A DNA stretch of 64,000 nt from Azonexaceae bacterium (GCA_013335535.1 JAAXVL010000010.1:78992-142991); one strand, 5' to 3'; counted from the first letter of the stretch, positions 19,586 to 28,461 are shown. Program-made: numbers and translations. Notes: a model not told the origin generated them from the sequence alone.

Positions 19586-21909
19586 TTTTCGCCTGCACCG
19601 CCAAAGGCGTAGCGCACGCCAATCCACGCAGCCCGCGGGGCGCCCGGAGCGACAAAGGTTTCCCGATGCCAGTTGTCAGGGTTGGTCTGAAAACCACCAA
19701 CGAAGGGATTCTCGGCCAGTGCGCCGGCTGTGGCGTAGCGCTTGTCGAAGACGTTGTTGACCTTGGCGAACATCTGCCAACCGCCGCCCAGCTTGGCCTC
19801 GGCATTGAGGTTGAGGATGGCGTAGCCGGGAATGCGCCCCGGGCCCTCGAAGGTACGCGTGTTGGCATTGACGTCGGTAAAGGTGCCACTCTGGTGCTGG
19901 TTGTTCTCGTTGCCGCGCACGTACTGGCCGGAAAAGGCCTGCACGTCGCCGCCGACGCGCAGCCAGTCGGTGGCGCGCCAGGCCAGGCCGAACTTGAGGC
20001 TGTGCTGCGGCAGGCCGGGAATGCGGTTGCCCTTTTTCACGAGAATCTCATCATCCTGGCCAGCCCCCGTGCATTCGGCAGTCGTGCCGCGTGTGCTGTT
20101 GTTGGCACCGAGCAGACAGGCATCGGAACGGAACGTGGCCTGCAGCCAGGTGTAGTTGGCGTACCAGTCGACGCGATGGAGGTTGCCGTTGAGGCCAAGT
20201 TCGAGGCCCTGGCGCAGGGTCTTGCCGTAGTTGGTGAAGTAACCGGCGCTGGTCGACGTCCCGACGAACAGGATGTCGTCGCTGCTCATGGTGCGGAACA
20301 GGCCGGCGTTCCAGTTCGCGTCCCCCAACAACTCACCGGCCAGCTTGCCGCGCAGGCCAGCTTCGAGCGTGCGGGCGACGACCTGCTTGAGGTAGGGGTC
20401 GGACGCCATCGAATTGGGCAGGGTGCACGGGTTGGCCGGATCGGCGCAGCCCAGTTCGATTGGCGTCGGCACACGGTTGCCCTGGCTGAAGCCGGCATAG
20501 GCGTTGAGCGCCGGGACGATCTGCCAGCTCAGGCCAAGCGCCGGGTTGAGCTTGCGGTAATGGTGGTCGCCGTCGAGATTGGGCGCCGTGCGGGTAAGCT
20601 CGTCGAAGGTCATGACGTGGCTCAGGTTGTAGCGCGCCGAGCCGGTCAGGTGCAGGTTGTGCAACAGCGACCAGGTGTCGGTGACGAACAGGCTGGCGGT
20701 GCTGGTCTTGCCGTGGATCTGGTTCTCGACGGCCAGCGCCTGCAAGTTGCTGATGCCGCGGCTGTCGTCAAGTTCGCCGAGCTCCTGCGTCTGCTGAAAA
20801 TGAATGCGTGACTGATCGTAGGAGGCGCCAACCGCCAGCTGATGCTGCTGGCCGCTGAAATTCCACTGGCCGGCGACGCCCGTGCCGTGCTGCGAAGTCC
20901 TGGTCCGGTTATTCGCGCCGCTTGGCGTCGTCGGATCGCTTGCCCAATCGTTCTCGTAGTCGTCGTTCATGTCGCCGTTCAGCGTTCGCGTCTTGGTCCG
21001 GCGGTGATAGACGCTGCCGCTCAGGCTCTGCGTGTCGCTGAGCCAGAGTTTGCCATTGAGGGCGAGCTGGGTGAGGTCATTACGCGTCTCGTCGGGGTGT
21101 GTGAAGATATTTTCACGACGCTGGGCGAGCAGCGACTGCGGCACGAGGCCGTTGCCGATCAGGCGGCTGCGCGCCTTGGTCAGCGTCAGGTCGGCCTCGC
21201 CGGCAGCATTGCGGAAGGAGAGTTTGCCAAAAAACTGTTTGACGTCGGACGGTGAATGATCGCGCCAGCCGTCTTCGCGGAACCAGTCGCCGGCACCGTA
21301 CCAGCCGATGGTGCCGTTGTTGCCGCCGTATTCAAATTCGGTGTTGGTTCGGTTGAAACTGCCGCCCGAAACCTCGAGCTTGCCGCCCGGGTGCGAGAAG
21401 CCGCTCTTGGTCCGCATGGCCAGCGCGCCGCCCAGAGTGTTGAGGCCAAAGGCCGGGTTGGAACCGGGAACGAGGTCGATGCCGGCAATGGCCGAATGGG
21501 GTATCAGATCCCAGTTCACCGTGTCACCGAAGGGCTCGTTGATCCGCACGCCATCGACGTAGACCGACAGCCCCTGCGCCGTGCCGAGCAGCGGCGACGC
21601 GGTGAAACCACGGTAATTGAGGTCGACCTGATAAGGATTGCCCTGAATTTCATTGACCGTGACCGAGGGCATCTGGCGCACCATCTGTTCGGCGATGTTG
21701 AGGCTTTCGATTTCTTCTAGGCGCTGATCGTCGAAGGACTGGACATTGGCCGGCAGATGCAGGCGCGGCACACCGATGCCGGAGAGCGGCGTGGTGCCGA
21801 CGACTTCGACGGTCGCCGTGGTGACCACCGATTCGGCGGCGAAGGCCGGCGCGAAGGCGGCGGACAGGGCGATGGCGATCAGCGAGCGGGCTGGGGTTTG
21901 TCTCTTCAC
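19582..21909 (-). CDS. TonB-dependent outer-membrane receptor
   Basis: GTG start overlapping the tonB stop. Signal peptide, plug motifs (VEVVGTTPL, NYRGF, GVRINEPFGD) and a large beta-barrel with terminal aromatic-rich strands. Confidence 0.85.
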   Translation of the reverse strand: MKRQTPARSLIAIALSAAFAPAFAAESVVTTATVEVVGTTPLSGIGVPRLHLPANVQSFDDQRLEEIESLNIAEQMVRQMPSVTVNEIQGNPYQVDLNYRGFTASPLLGTAQGLSVYVDGVRINEPFGDTVNWDLIPHSAIAGIDLVPGSNPAFGLNTLGGALAMRTKSGFSHPGGKLEVSGGSFNRTNTEFEYGGNNGTIGWYGAGDWFREDGWRDHSPSDVKQFFGKLSFRNAAGEADLTLTKARSRLIGNGLVPQSLLAQRRENIFTHPDETRNDLTQLALNGKLWLSDTQSLSGSVYHRRTKTRTLNGDMNDDYENDWASDPTTPSGANNRTRTSQHGTGVAGQWNFSGQQHQLAVGASYDQSRIHFQQTQELGELDDSRGISNLQALAVENQIHGKTSTASLFVTDTWSLLHNLHLTGSARYNLSHVMTFDELTRTAPNLDGDHHYRKLNPALGLSWQIVPALNAYAGFSQGNRVPTPIELGCADPANPCTLPNSMASDPYLKQVVARTLEAGLRGKLAGELLGDANWNAGLFRTMSSDDILFVGTSTSAGYFTNYGKTLRQGLELGLNGNLHRVDWYANYTWLQATFRSDACLLGANNSTRGTTAECTGAGQDDEILVKKGNRIPGLPQHSLKFGLAWRATDWLRVGGDVQAFSGQYVRGNENNQHQSGTFTDVNANTRTFEGPGRIPGYAILNLNAEAKLGGGWQMFAKVNNVFDKRYATAGALAENPFVGGFQTNPDNWHRETFVAPGAPRAAWIGVRYAFGGAGEK

Positions 21910-22646
21910 GTTGTTTTTTTAAGTTTGTAATTGATCGGTACGACGACTTGAATTTCGTTGCTGTCGAGCGACTCGGGCAGCGGCGGCAAGCCGGCCAGCG
22001 CTTCGAGCATGGCCAGCGCGTGCTGGTCGAGCACCTCGAAACCGCTCGAACGGTCGAGGGCGATGCCGAGCAGGTTGCCCTTGCGGGCGACTTTCAGGCG
22101 CAGGCGAACCTCGCCTTCCCAGCCGCGCATGGCGGCGATGCGCGGGTATTCCTGATGGCGGGCGAGCAGTTCGCCGAGGCGCTGGCGGTAGCTGTCGAGG
22201 ATTTCGCTTTGCGGGCGCTGCGGGGCGACGGCGGGCGCCGGGCGGGCTGTTTCGGCAACGGGTGCCGCGGGTGCCGCGGGTGCCGATGCTAGCTTGTCGG
22301 AAGACGTTGCGACTGTCGACGACGCCACGGGTGCCGGCACATTGGCCGGCCCGGCAGTCTGCGTCACGCGCGGAGCCGGCCGCTCCGTGCGAATGGCTTC
22401 CTGCCGGGCCTTCTGGGGGACGGTTGCCGGCGCAGGGGCGGCAGCGGCAACGGGTCCGGATTCGGTAACGGCGACCAGGCGGATTGACGCCAGGATGGGC
22501 GGCAGGCTGATCGGGCCGTTCTTGCGTTGCCACGAAGTTACGGCGAACAGCGTGGCGTGGAGCAGGATGGACAAGGCCAGAATTGCCCAGAATTTCCGGT
22601 TGACCGTGGGAACCGCCGGCATATCGATGAGGGCCGCCGCCATCAT
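21906..22646 (-). CDS. tonB: TonB energy-transducer protein
   Basis: N-terminal TM helix with the SxxxH motif (ALSILLHA), a Pro/Ala-rich spacer, and a C-terminal TonB domain (YPRIAAMRGWEGEVRLRLKV...). ATGA overlap with the upstream MBL gene. Confidence 0.8.
   Translation of the reverse strand: MMAAALIDMPAVPTVNRKFWAILALSILLHATLFAVTSWQRKNGPISLPPILASIRLVAVTESGPVAAAAPAPATVPQKARQEAIRTERPAPRVTQTAGPANVPAPVASSTVATSSDKLASAPAAPAAPVAETARPAPAVAPQRPQSEILDSYRQRLGELLARHQEYPRIAAMRGWEGEVRLRLKVARKGNLLGIALDRSSGFEVLDQHALAMLEALAGLPPLPESLDSNEIQVVVPINYKLKKTT
22581..22612 (+). repeat. dispersed repeat, right-half copy inside the tonB coding region
   Basis: aattgcccagaatttccggttgaccgtgggaa; read on the minus strand it encodes TVNRKFWAI of TonB. 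Confidence 0.65.
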
Positions 22647-23581
22647 GGTTTTGCCCCCAATGCTTCCTGCTCGGCCGCCGGAAAAAGATGGCCAACCGAA
22701 CGGCGATATTCGCTGGCGGCGACCGGCAGGCGAGCAAACTCGGCGGGCAGCGGGCGAGCCAGCACGTCGTTCATGTCCAGCCCGGCTTTCGCCGCGTCGC
22801 GCATGGCGGCGGTCAGCCAGGTCAGCCAGGCGCGGGTCTGGCGAATCGGCGCGGCATCGCTGGTCGGCGCGCCGTGGCCGGGCAGCAACGCCTTGAAGCC
22901 GGCTTCGCGGGTCACCCCTTCGAGCTGGTCGAGCGCCTTGAGCCAGTGGGCGACGTCCGCGTGCGGCGTGGTCGGGGCGCGGCCGTTGAAGGCGAGATCG
23001 CCGGCGAAGACGACGCCGCTCGTTTCATCGACGATGACCAGGTCGGCGCCGGTATGGCCGTCGAGCCCGACGAGGCGCAGGCTCCGACCAGCCACCTCGA
23101 GGCGGCCGGCATTCAGCGTCTTGCCGGGCAGCTGAACTTCGGTGCCCTTCATCCAGTCGCCGCTCATGCGGAAGAGGTTCTCGGCGAAGGCGTTGCCATC
23201 GGCGGCGATGCCGTTACGCGTCTCGGCCAGCGCAGCGATGGGCACATCGGCAAAAGCCTGGTTGCCGAGAAAATGGTCGGGATGGTGGTGGGTGTTGATG
23301 ACCAGCGCGATGGGCTTGTTCGTCACGGCGGCAATGGCCCGGCGCATCTGCTGGCCGTAGCGCAGCGACGGGCCGCTGTCGATGACGATGACGCCCTGCG
23401 CAGCGACGATGAAGGCGGTGTTGACGATATTGCCGCCGTTGTCGGTGGTGAAATCCTCGGTCTTGCCGATGAAGGCGTAGACGTCCCTGGCGATCTCGAC
23501 CGGGCTCAGGCGATAGTCGAAATCGACCGCCCCGAGCTGGCCGGCGACGAGCATGAGTAACGCGCAGAGCAGGCGTTTCAC
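22643..23581 (-). CDS. periplasmic metallo-beta-lactamase-fold hydrolase (recalled family: quinoprotein relay system zinc metallohydrolase)
   Basis: HHHPDH zinc motif and a signal peptide. The family name is from memory of TIGRFAM-style PQQ-linked families and needs an HMM check. Confidence 0.7.
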   Translation of the reverse strand: MKRLLCALLMLVAGQLGAVDFDYRLSPVEIARDVYAFIGKTEDFTTDNGGNIVNTAFIVAAQGVIVIDSGPSLRYGQQMRRAIAAVTNKPIALVINTHHHPDHFLGNQAFADVPIAALAETRNGIAADGNAFAENLFRMSGDWMKGTEVQLPGKTLNAGRLEVAGRSLRLVGLDGHTGADLVIVDETSGVVFAGDLAFNGRAPTTPHADVAHWLKALDQLEGVTREAGFKALLPGHGAPTSDAAPIRQTRAWLTWLTAAMRDAAKAGLDMNDVLARPLPAEFARLPVAASEYRRSVGHLFPAAEQEALGAKP

Positions 23582-24348
23582 TGCGCAATCCTCGCTGTGA
23601 AGGCATTGCCGTTGTTGTCGCGGCCGCTCGCTTCGACCGGGCCGTCGGCGCTGGTCCGTTGCAGGGTGAATACCGGATTTTCGCTGACCGGCTCATAGGT
23701 CTGGACGCGCATCAGACGCTTGCCAGCGGCGTCGGCGAAGTTGATTTCCTCGAGAAAGAAGGCTGGCGTGCCGGCAACCAGGCCGGTATCCATCGGATGC
23801 ACGATGCGCATGCGCAGCCGGCCGGCGTTCGGGCCTTCGCTCCACTGGCGGCCGCTCACTTCGTTGAGGCGCTGCTGCCACTCCTTCGAACCACCGGCCG
23901 CCGACGGGGCCGTGCAGCCGCCGCCCACGGTGTTCACCCAGGTGCCGCCGACATGCCAGACGCCATCGGCCGTGCGCACGGCAGCGCGGACCGGCGTCGA
24001 TTGCTGCAGCTTGACGCGAAAGCCGAGGAAAGCCGGGGCATCTTCAGGAAAGAAGCGCAGCACCTGCACAATCGGATTGAAATCGGCAAAGACGACGACT
24101 TCGACAACCCCGGGCAGCGCCGTTGCATCGACGGTGACCGGCACCTGCATCGGATTTTCAGCCGTCGACGGGGCAACCACCTTGACGCGCGGGTCGAACA
24201 ACACCGGCGCGCCGGCCAGGAAAGCTTTCTGCATTTCCGACCAGCGCGCCGAGGCGAGCGGATCGCCGTTCTCGCGCAAGGCGGCAGCTTCGGCCGGGGG
24301 CATCAATGCCGCCAGGGCAATCGCCGCAATGGTCAGTGGGTATTTCAT
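23578..24348 (-). CDS. SoxYZ-like fusion protein (recalled family: quinoprotein dehydrogenase-associated SoxYZ-like carrier)
   Basis: Signal peptide and an internal GGGC motif (VNTVGGGCTAPS) resembling the SoxY carrier cysteine. The C-terminal half is SoxZ-like by composition. Confidence 0.55.
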   Translation of the reverse strand: MKYPLTIAAIALAALMPPAEAAALRENGDPLASARWSEMQKAFLAGAPVLFDPRVKVVAPSTAENPMQVPVTVDATALPGVVEVVVFADFNPIVQVLRFFPEDAPAFLGFRVKLQQSTPVRAAVRTADGVWHVGGTWVNTVGGGCTAPSAAGGSKEWQQRLNEVSGRQWSEGPNAGRLRMRIVHPMDTGLVAGTPAFFLEEINFADAAGKRLMRVQTYEPVSENPVFTLQRTSADGPVEASGRDNNGNAFTARIAQ

Positions 24349-24394
24349 CTTGTCTCACTCCTTTTGCCCTGTGGGCTCTTTGCCGAGAACCGTT

Positions 24395-24410
24395 TGCAAA
24401 GCGCGTGCCA
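24395..24410 (-). promoter_or_regulatory. sigma-54 (-24/-12) promoter for the 7-gene minus-strand operon
   Basis: Minus strand reads TTGGCACGCGCTTTGCA (TGGCAC-N5-TTGCA), about 50 nt upstream of ATG 24348. Confidence 0.65.
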
Positions 24411-24506
24411 AGAACCGCCGGTTTTGCCGAATCGCTGATCTGGCCAGCAAAGGCGCTGTGGCGCCGCACACTGTCACAGCACCTGATCAACCGGTGTGTG
24501 CAACTT

Positions 24507-24513
24507 TGGAGCA
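24507..24513. promoter_or_regulatory. TGGAGCA half-site (candidate enhancer/UAS element) between the divergent sigma-54 promoters
   Basis: The same heptamer forms a perfect palindrome at 26718-26738 and recurs at 35973-35979, each about 100-190 bp upstream of a sigma-54 promoter. Confidence 0.3.
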
Positions 24514-24623
24514 GGTGGTGACAATTGGAACAGCGCTCCTGCCAACTGCCCGGCCCGGCAAAAAATCCGCGAAATGCCGGCTTCAGCCCCGCCAACAGGA
24601 GCGCCGGGGGTTTCGGCCCGGCT

Positions 24624-24639
24624 TGGCACAGCCCTTGCA
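24624..24639 (+). promoter_or_regulatory. sigma-54 promoter upstream of the PQQ alcohol dehydrogenase gene
   Basis: TGGCACAGCCCTTGCA, a perfect TGGCAC-N5-TTGCA, about 130 nt upstream of ATG 24770. Confidence 0.7.
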
Positions 24640-24769
24640 GATTGTGTCCCCGCCAGCGAGCCGGTTCAGGGAATGGAGGTGGCTCGCCAGCATGTCATTC
24701 CACGCAGGCAGACCGTGTTCAGCACGGTTTTTCTGCGGAGGAACCATCGGATAATCAAGGAGACAATCC

Positions 24770-26551
24770 ATGCATAGTCATACCCCTTTCAAGCGGAGAG
24801 TCGTTACCCTCGCGCTTCTGACGGCAGCGGCATTTGCCGGCAGCCCGGCCAGCGCCGTCGTCACTGACGCCGACATCCTCAACGACGCCACGACCAAGGG
24901 CGACGTCGTCAGCTTCGGCCTCGGCACCCAGGGTCAGCGCTTCAGCCCGTCCACCCAGATCAACGCCAAGACGGTGAAGAACCTGGTCCCGGCCTGGTCG
25001 ATGTCCTTCGGCGGCGAGAAGCAGCGCGGCCAGGAATCGCAACCGGTCATCCACAACGGCAAGATGTTCGTCACCGCTTCCTACAGCCGCCTGTTCGCCA
25101 TCGACGCGAAGACCGGCAAGAAGCTGTGGAAGTACGAGCACCGCCTACCGGACGGCATCATGCCGTGCTGTGACGTGATCAACCGCGGCGCTGCCCTGTA
25201 CGACAACCTCGTCATCTTCGCGACGCTGGATGCCCAGCTCGTCGCCATGAACCAGGACACCGGCAAGGTCGTCTGGAAGGAAAAGCTCGGTGACTACGCT
25301 GCCGGCTACTCCGCTTCCGCTGCCCCGATCATTGCCAAGGGCAAGCTGATCACCGGTATCTCCGGTGGCGAATTCGGCGCCGTCGGCCGTATCGACGCCC
25401 GCGATCCGAAGACCGGCAAGCTGCTGTGGACGCGTCCGACCGTCGAAGGCCACATGGGCTATCGTTTCGACGCCGATGGCAAGCAGATCGAAAACGGCAT
25501 CTCCGGCACGACCAACGCCACCTGGACCGGCGACCTCTGGCAAACCGGCGGCGCAGCCACCTGGAACGGCGCCACCTACGATCCGGAAACCAACCTGATC
25601 TTCGCCGGCACCGGCAACCCGGCCCCGTGGAACAGCCACCTGCGTCCGGGCGACAACCTGTTCTCGTCCTCCACCGTGGCCATCGACGCCGACACCGGCA
25701 AGATCGCCTGGCACTACCAGAACACCCCGCACGACGGCTGGGACTTTGACGGCGTGAACGAATTCGTTTCCTTCGATTACAAGGATCCGAAGACGGGCAA
25801 GATCATCAAGGCCGGCGGCAAGGCCGACCGTAACGGTTTCTTCTTCGTGAACGACCGCACCAACGGCAAACTGCTCAACGCCTTCCCGTTCGTCAAGAAG
25901 ATCACCTGGGCTAGCGGCATCAACCTGGAAACGGGCCGTCCGAACTACATCGAAGAAGGCCGTCCGGGTGACCCGACCGCCAGCACCGATGGCAAGAAGG
26001 GCAAGGTCGTCTTCTCGGCTCCGTCCTTCCTCGGCGGCAAGAACCAGCAGCAGATGGCCTACTCGCCGCAGACCGGCCTGTTCTACGTGCCGGCCAACGA
26101 GTGGTCGATGGACATCTGGAATGAGCCGGTTTCGTACAAGAAGGGCGCGGCCTACCTGGGCGCCGGCTTCACCATCAAAGCGCTCAACGACGACCATATC
26201 GGCGTCCTGCGCGCTGTCGATCCGGCCACCGGCAAGATCGTCTGGGAAAACAAGAACTACGCCCCGCTCTGGGGTGGCGTCCTGACGACCGCTGGCGGCC
26301 TGATTTTCTACGGCACCCCGGAAGGCTTCCTGAAGGGTGTTGATGCCAAGACCGGCAAGGAACTGTGGTCCTTCAACGTCGGTACCGGCATCGTTGCACC
26401 GCCGGTCAGCTGGGAACAGGATGGCGAGCAGATGATCGCCGTGACGACTGGCTGGGGCGGCGCTGTTCCGCTCTGGGGCGGCGATGTGGCCAAGCGCGTG
26501 AACTTCCTCGAACAGGGTGGTTCCGTCTGGGTCTTCAAGCTGCACAAGTAA
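24770..26551 (+). CDS. PQQ-dependent alcohol dehydrogenase, methanol/ethanol family (type I quinoprotein), lanthanide-type active-site signature
   Basis: Signal peptide, vicinal-disulfide motif MPCCDV, W-motif propeller repeats, and the catalytic region [13 protein letters not shown] with D325 and D327. AAGGAGA RBS. Confidence 0.9.
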   Translation: MHSHTPFKRRVVTLALLTAAAFAGSPASAVVTDADILNDATTKGDVVSFGLGTQGQRFSPSTQINAKTVKNLVPAWSMSFGGEKQRGQESQPVIHNGKMFVTASYSRLFAIDAKTGKKLWKYEHRLPDGIMPCCDVINRGAALYDNLVIFATLDAQLVAMNQDTGKVVWKEKLGDYAAGYSASAAPIIAKGKLITGISGGEFGAVGRIDARDPKTGKLLWTRPTVEGHMGYRFDADGKQIENGISGTTNATWTGDLWQTGGAATWNGATYDPETNLIFAGTGNPAPWNSHLRPGDNLFSSSTVAIDADTGKIAWHYQNTPHDGWDFDGVNEFVSFDYKDPKTGKIIKAGGKADRNGFFFVNDRTNGKLLNAFPFVKKITWASGINLETGRPNYIEEGRPGDPTASTDGKKGKVVFSAPSFLGGKNQQQMAYSPQTGLFYVPANEWSMDIWNEPVSYKKGAAYLGAGFTIKALNDDHIGVLRAVDPATGKIVWENKNYAPLWGGVLTTAGGLIFYGTPEGFLKGVDAKTGKELWSFNVGTGIVAPPVSWEQDGEQMIAVTTGWGGAVPLWGGDVAKRVNFLEQGGSVWVFKLHK

Positions 26552-26592
26552 TCAATGCTCTGTCTTTCGGGCGCTTCGGCGCCCGATTGAAA

Positions 26593-26625
26593 CGGCGCGA
26601 TGACTTCGGTCCTCGCGCCGTTTTT
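26593..26625 (+). terminator. rho-independent terminator after the ADH gene
   Basis: CGGCGCGA-12 nt-TCGCGCCG followed by TTTTT. Preceded by a second small hairpin GGGCGC-TTCG-GCGCCC at 26569-26584. Confidence 0.65.
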
Positions 26626-26660
26626 CATTTTTGGGCGATTTTTCCGGTTGACCGTGGCAA
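26623..26660 (+). repeat. dispersed 40-bp repeat, copy 7
   Basis: tttcatttttgggcgatttttccggttgaccgtggcaa. Confidence 0.85.
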
Positions 26661-26717
26661 ACGCGCTGACTTCAATAAAGGCCAGCAGCGCGAGACTGTT
26701 CGACTTTGCACCACCCT

Positions 26718-26738
26718 GTTGCTCCATTCTGGAGCAAC
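26718..26738. promoter_or_regulatory. perfect palindrome GTTGCTCCA-TTC-TGGAGCAAC (candidate activator-binding site)
   Basis: Read directly from the sequence; about 190 bp upstream of the sigma-54 promoter at 26916. Confidence 0.35.
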
Positions 26739-26915
26739 TCTGCTCGTCGCCCGCAGATGGCGCCCGTGAGCCCGGCTCCGCGCAGGCAAGCCGGCGTCCG
26801 GCAAGGCTCGCTGGCCCTCGCCGGCAGGGTCGCAGCCGTCTCGCCGGGCCATCGACATGCCGCATAACGGGTCAAAACCGGTGCAGCCGCTGAATTATTC
26901 GGCAAAGCCCCTACC

Positions 26916-26931
26916 TGGCGCGGGATTTGCC
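26916..26931 (+). promoter_or_regulatory. sigma-54-type promoter upstream of the cytochrome c / Cache genes
   Basis: CTGGCGCGGGATTTGCC has the GG-N10-GC spacing and one mismatch in each element; about 118 nt upstream of ATG 27050. Confidence 0.55.
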
Positions 26932-27049
26932 TTTAGGGACTCAACGTCGTCAAGGAATTCGAAAAATCCTGGGCAATTTAGCCTTACATTTTTAATTGGG
27001 CCGCTCGGCATTATTTTTGAGCCGGCTTTTTAACCTTTGGGAGTAGAAC

Positions 27050-27427
27050 ATGTCATTGCTACGTCAACTGATCATCACCGCCGCACTCGCTGCCGCAGCG
27101 CAAACGGCCTGTGCCGATGCCGCCAACGACGAAAAGATGAAAAAACTGGCCGCCTACGCCGGCTGCTTTACCTGCCACACCATCGAGCACAAGGACAACC
27201 CGGATGGCAGCAAGCCGATCGGCCCGGCCTGGAAGGATGTGGCCGAGCAGTACCGCGGCAAACCCGGCGCCACCGATTTCCTGACCCGCGTCGTCCAGGA
27301 AGGCTCGAATCCCTATTCGAGCCACTGGAAGAACCGCGTTACCGGCATCGCCATGCCGCCGAACGCCGTCGCCATCAGCGCCAACGACACGCGCCAGCTC
27401 GTCTCGTGGATACTGTCGCTGAAATAA
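27050..27427 (+). CDS. mono-heme c-type cytochrome (c551/c552-like)
   Basis: Signal peptide, CFTCH heme motif and GPAWKDVAEQY, related to the GPAYKDVAAKY of the cytochrome at 38250. Confidence 0.8.
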   Translation: MSLLRQLIITAALAAAAQTACADAANDEKMKKLAAYAGCFTCHTIEHKDNPDGSKPIGPAWKDVAEQYRGKPGATDFLTRVVQEGSNPYSSHWKNRVTGIAMPPNAVAISANDTRQLVSWILSLK

Positions 27428-27485
27428 GCTGCTGCACCTTCATGCCGCGCCGGCTTGCCGGCCAACCCTTTTGGAGTTTCCGCGT

Positions 27486-28340
27486 ATGAGCACTTTCTCC
27501 CTCGCCCTTCGCCTGGCCGGCCTTCTGCTGGCGCTTGCTTGCGGCGTCGCAACGGCCGGCGAGCGCGCCACGCCGCGCGAAGCCCGCGCCTTTTTCGACC
27601 AGGCGGTGAAATACCTGCAGGCCAACGGCCCCGAAAAGTCATGGGCAGCCTTCAGCAATCGCAAAGGCCCGTTCGTCAAGAAGGACCTCTACGTTTACGT
27701 CATCGACCGGCAAGGCACCTACATCGCCAACGGTGCGTCGCCGGAGGCGCTGGTCGGGATGAACGTGCTCGACAGCGTCGATGCCTCGGGCACCCCCCTC
27801 TTCCGGCACATGATCGCTGTCACCGAGAAGCAGACCGAGGCGCGCATCCGCTACGTCTGGCTCAACCGCAAGACCAACCACGTCGAGCCGAAGAATGCCT
27901 GGCTGCACCGCGAAGGGGACTACATCCTCGGCGTCGGCTACTACTCTCCGCACGCCACAGCGCTCGATGCCCAGAAGCTCCTCGGCGATGCCGTCGCCTT
28001 CGCCATCAAGAACGGGATGAGCGTAGCCACCAAGGCTTTCAACGAGACCAAGGGAGCCTTTGTGCGCGACGATCTCTACGTCTTTGCCGTCAATCTCGAC
28101 AGCGGAAAATTCGAGGCGCACGGCGTGAACCCGGCCTGGACCGGAACCGATGCGCTGAGCCTCCACGATGTCGAAGGTCACGCCCTGATTCAGGACATGA
28201 TCGACCAGGCGAAGAGCAAGGGCACCGGCGTCGTCGATTATGTCTGGCGCAATCCGGTCACCAATGCTGTCGAGCGCAAGCGCTCCTTCATCCAGCGCGT
28301 CGATAACAGCCTGCTCGGCGTCGGTTACTACCTGGACTGA
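27486..28340 (+). CDS. secreted protein with two tandem single-Cache (sCache_2-like) domains and no output domain
   Basis: Start at ATG 27486 (MSTFSLALRLAGLLLALACG). There are two internally repeated halves, each with KG.F.(K/R)DLYV(Y/F).., Y(V)W.N(R/P).T and LGVGYY motifs. Confidence 0.7.
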   Translation: MSTFSLALRLAGLLLALACGVATAGERATPREARAFFDQAVKYLQANGPEKSWAAFSNRKGPFVKKDLYVYVIDRQGTYIANGASPEALVGMNVLDSVDASGTPLFRHMIAVTEKQTEARIRYVWLNRKTNHVEPKNAWLHREGDYILGVGYYSPHATALDAQKLLGDAVAFAIKNGMSVATKAFNETKGAFVRDDLYVFAVNLDSGKFEAHGVNPAWTGTDALSLHDVEGHALIQDMIDQAKSKGTGVVDYVWRNPVTNAVERKRSFIQRVDNSLLGVGYYLD

Positions 28341-28386
28341 TTCGATCGCGATCAATTCGGGGAAAACACCGGTTTTCCCGAACCCG

Positions 28387-28418
28387 AAACCGGCCCACGT
28401 GGCCGGTTTTGTTTTTTT
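28387..28418 (+). terminator. rho-independent terminator
   Basis: AAACCGGCC-CACGT-GGCCGGTTT followed by TGTTTTTTT. Confidence 0.7.
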
Positions 28419-28424
28419 GGGGCC

Positions 28425-28461
28425 GAAAAATAAGGCCCGGCAGGTTTCCCCGACGGGCCTT
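28425..28461 (-). terminator. candidate terminator after the hemerythrin gene
   Basis: Minus strand: AAGGCCCG-14 nt-CGGGCCTT followed by ATTTTT. Preceded by the perfect palindrome GGTCACCCGCGGGTGACC (28469-28486). Confidence 0.5.
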
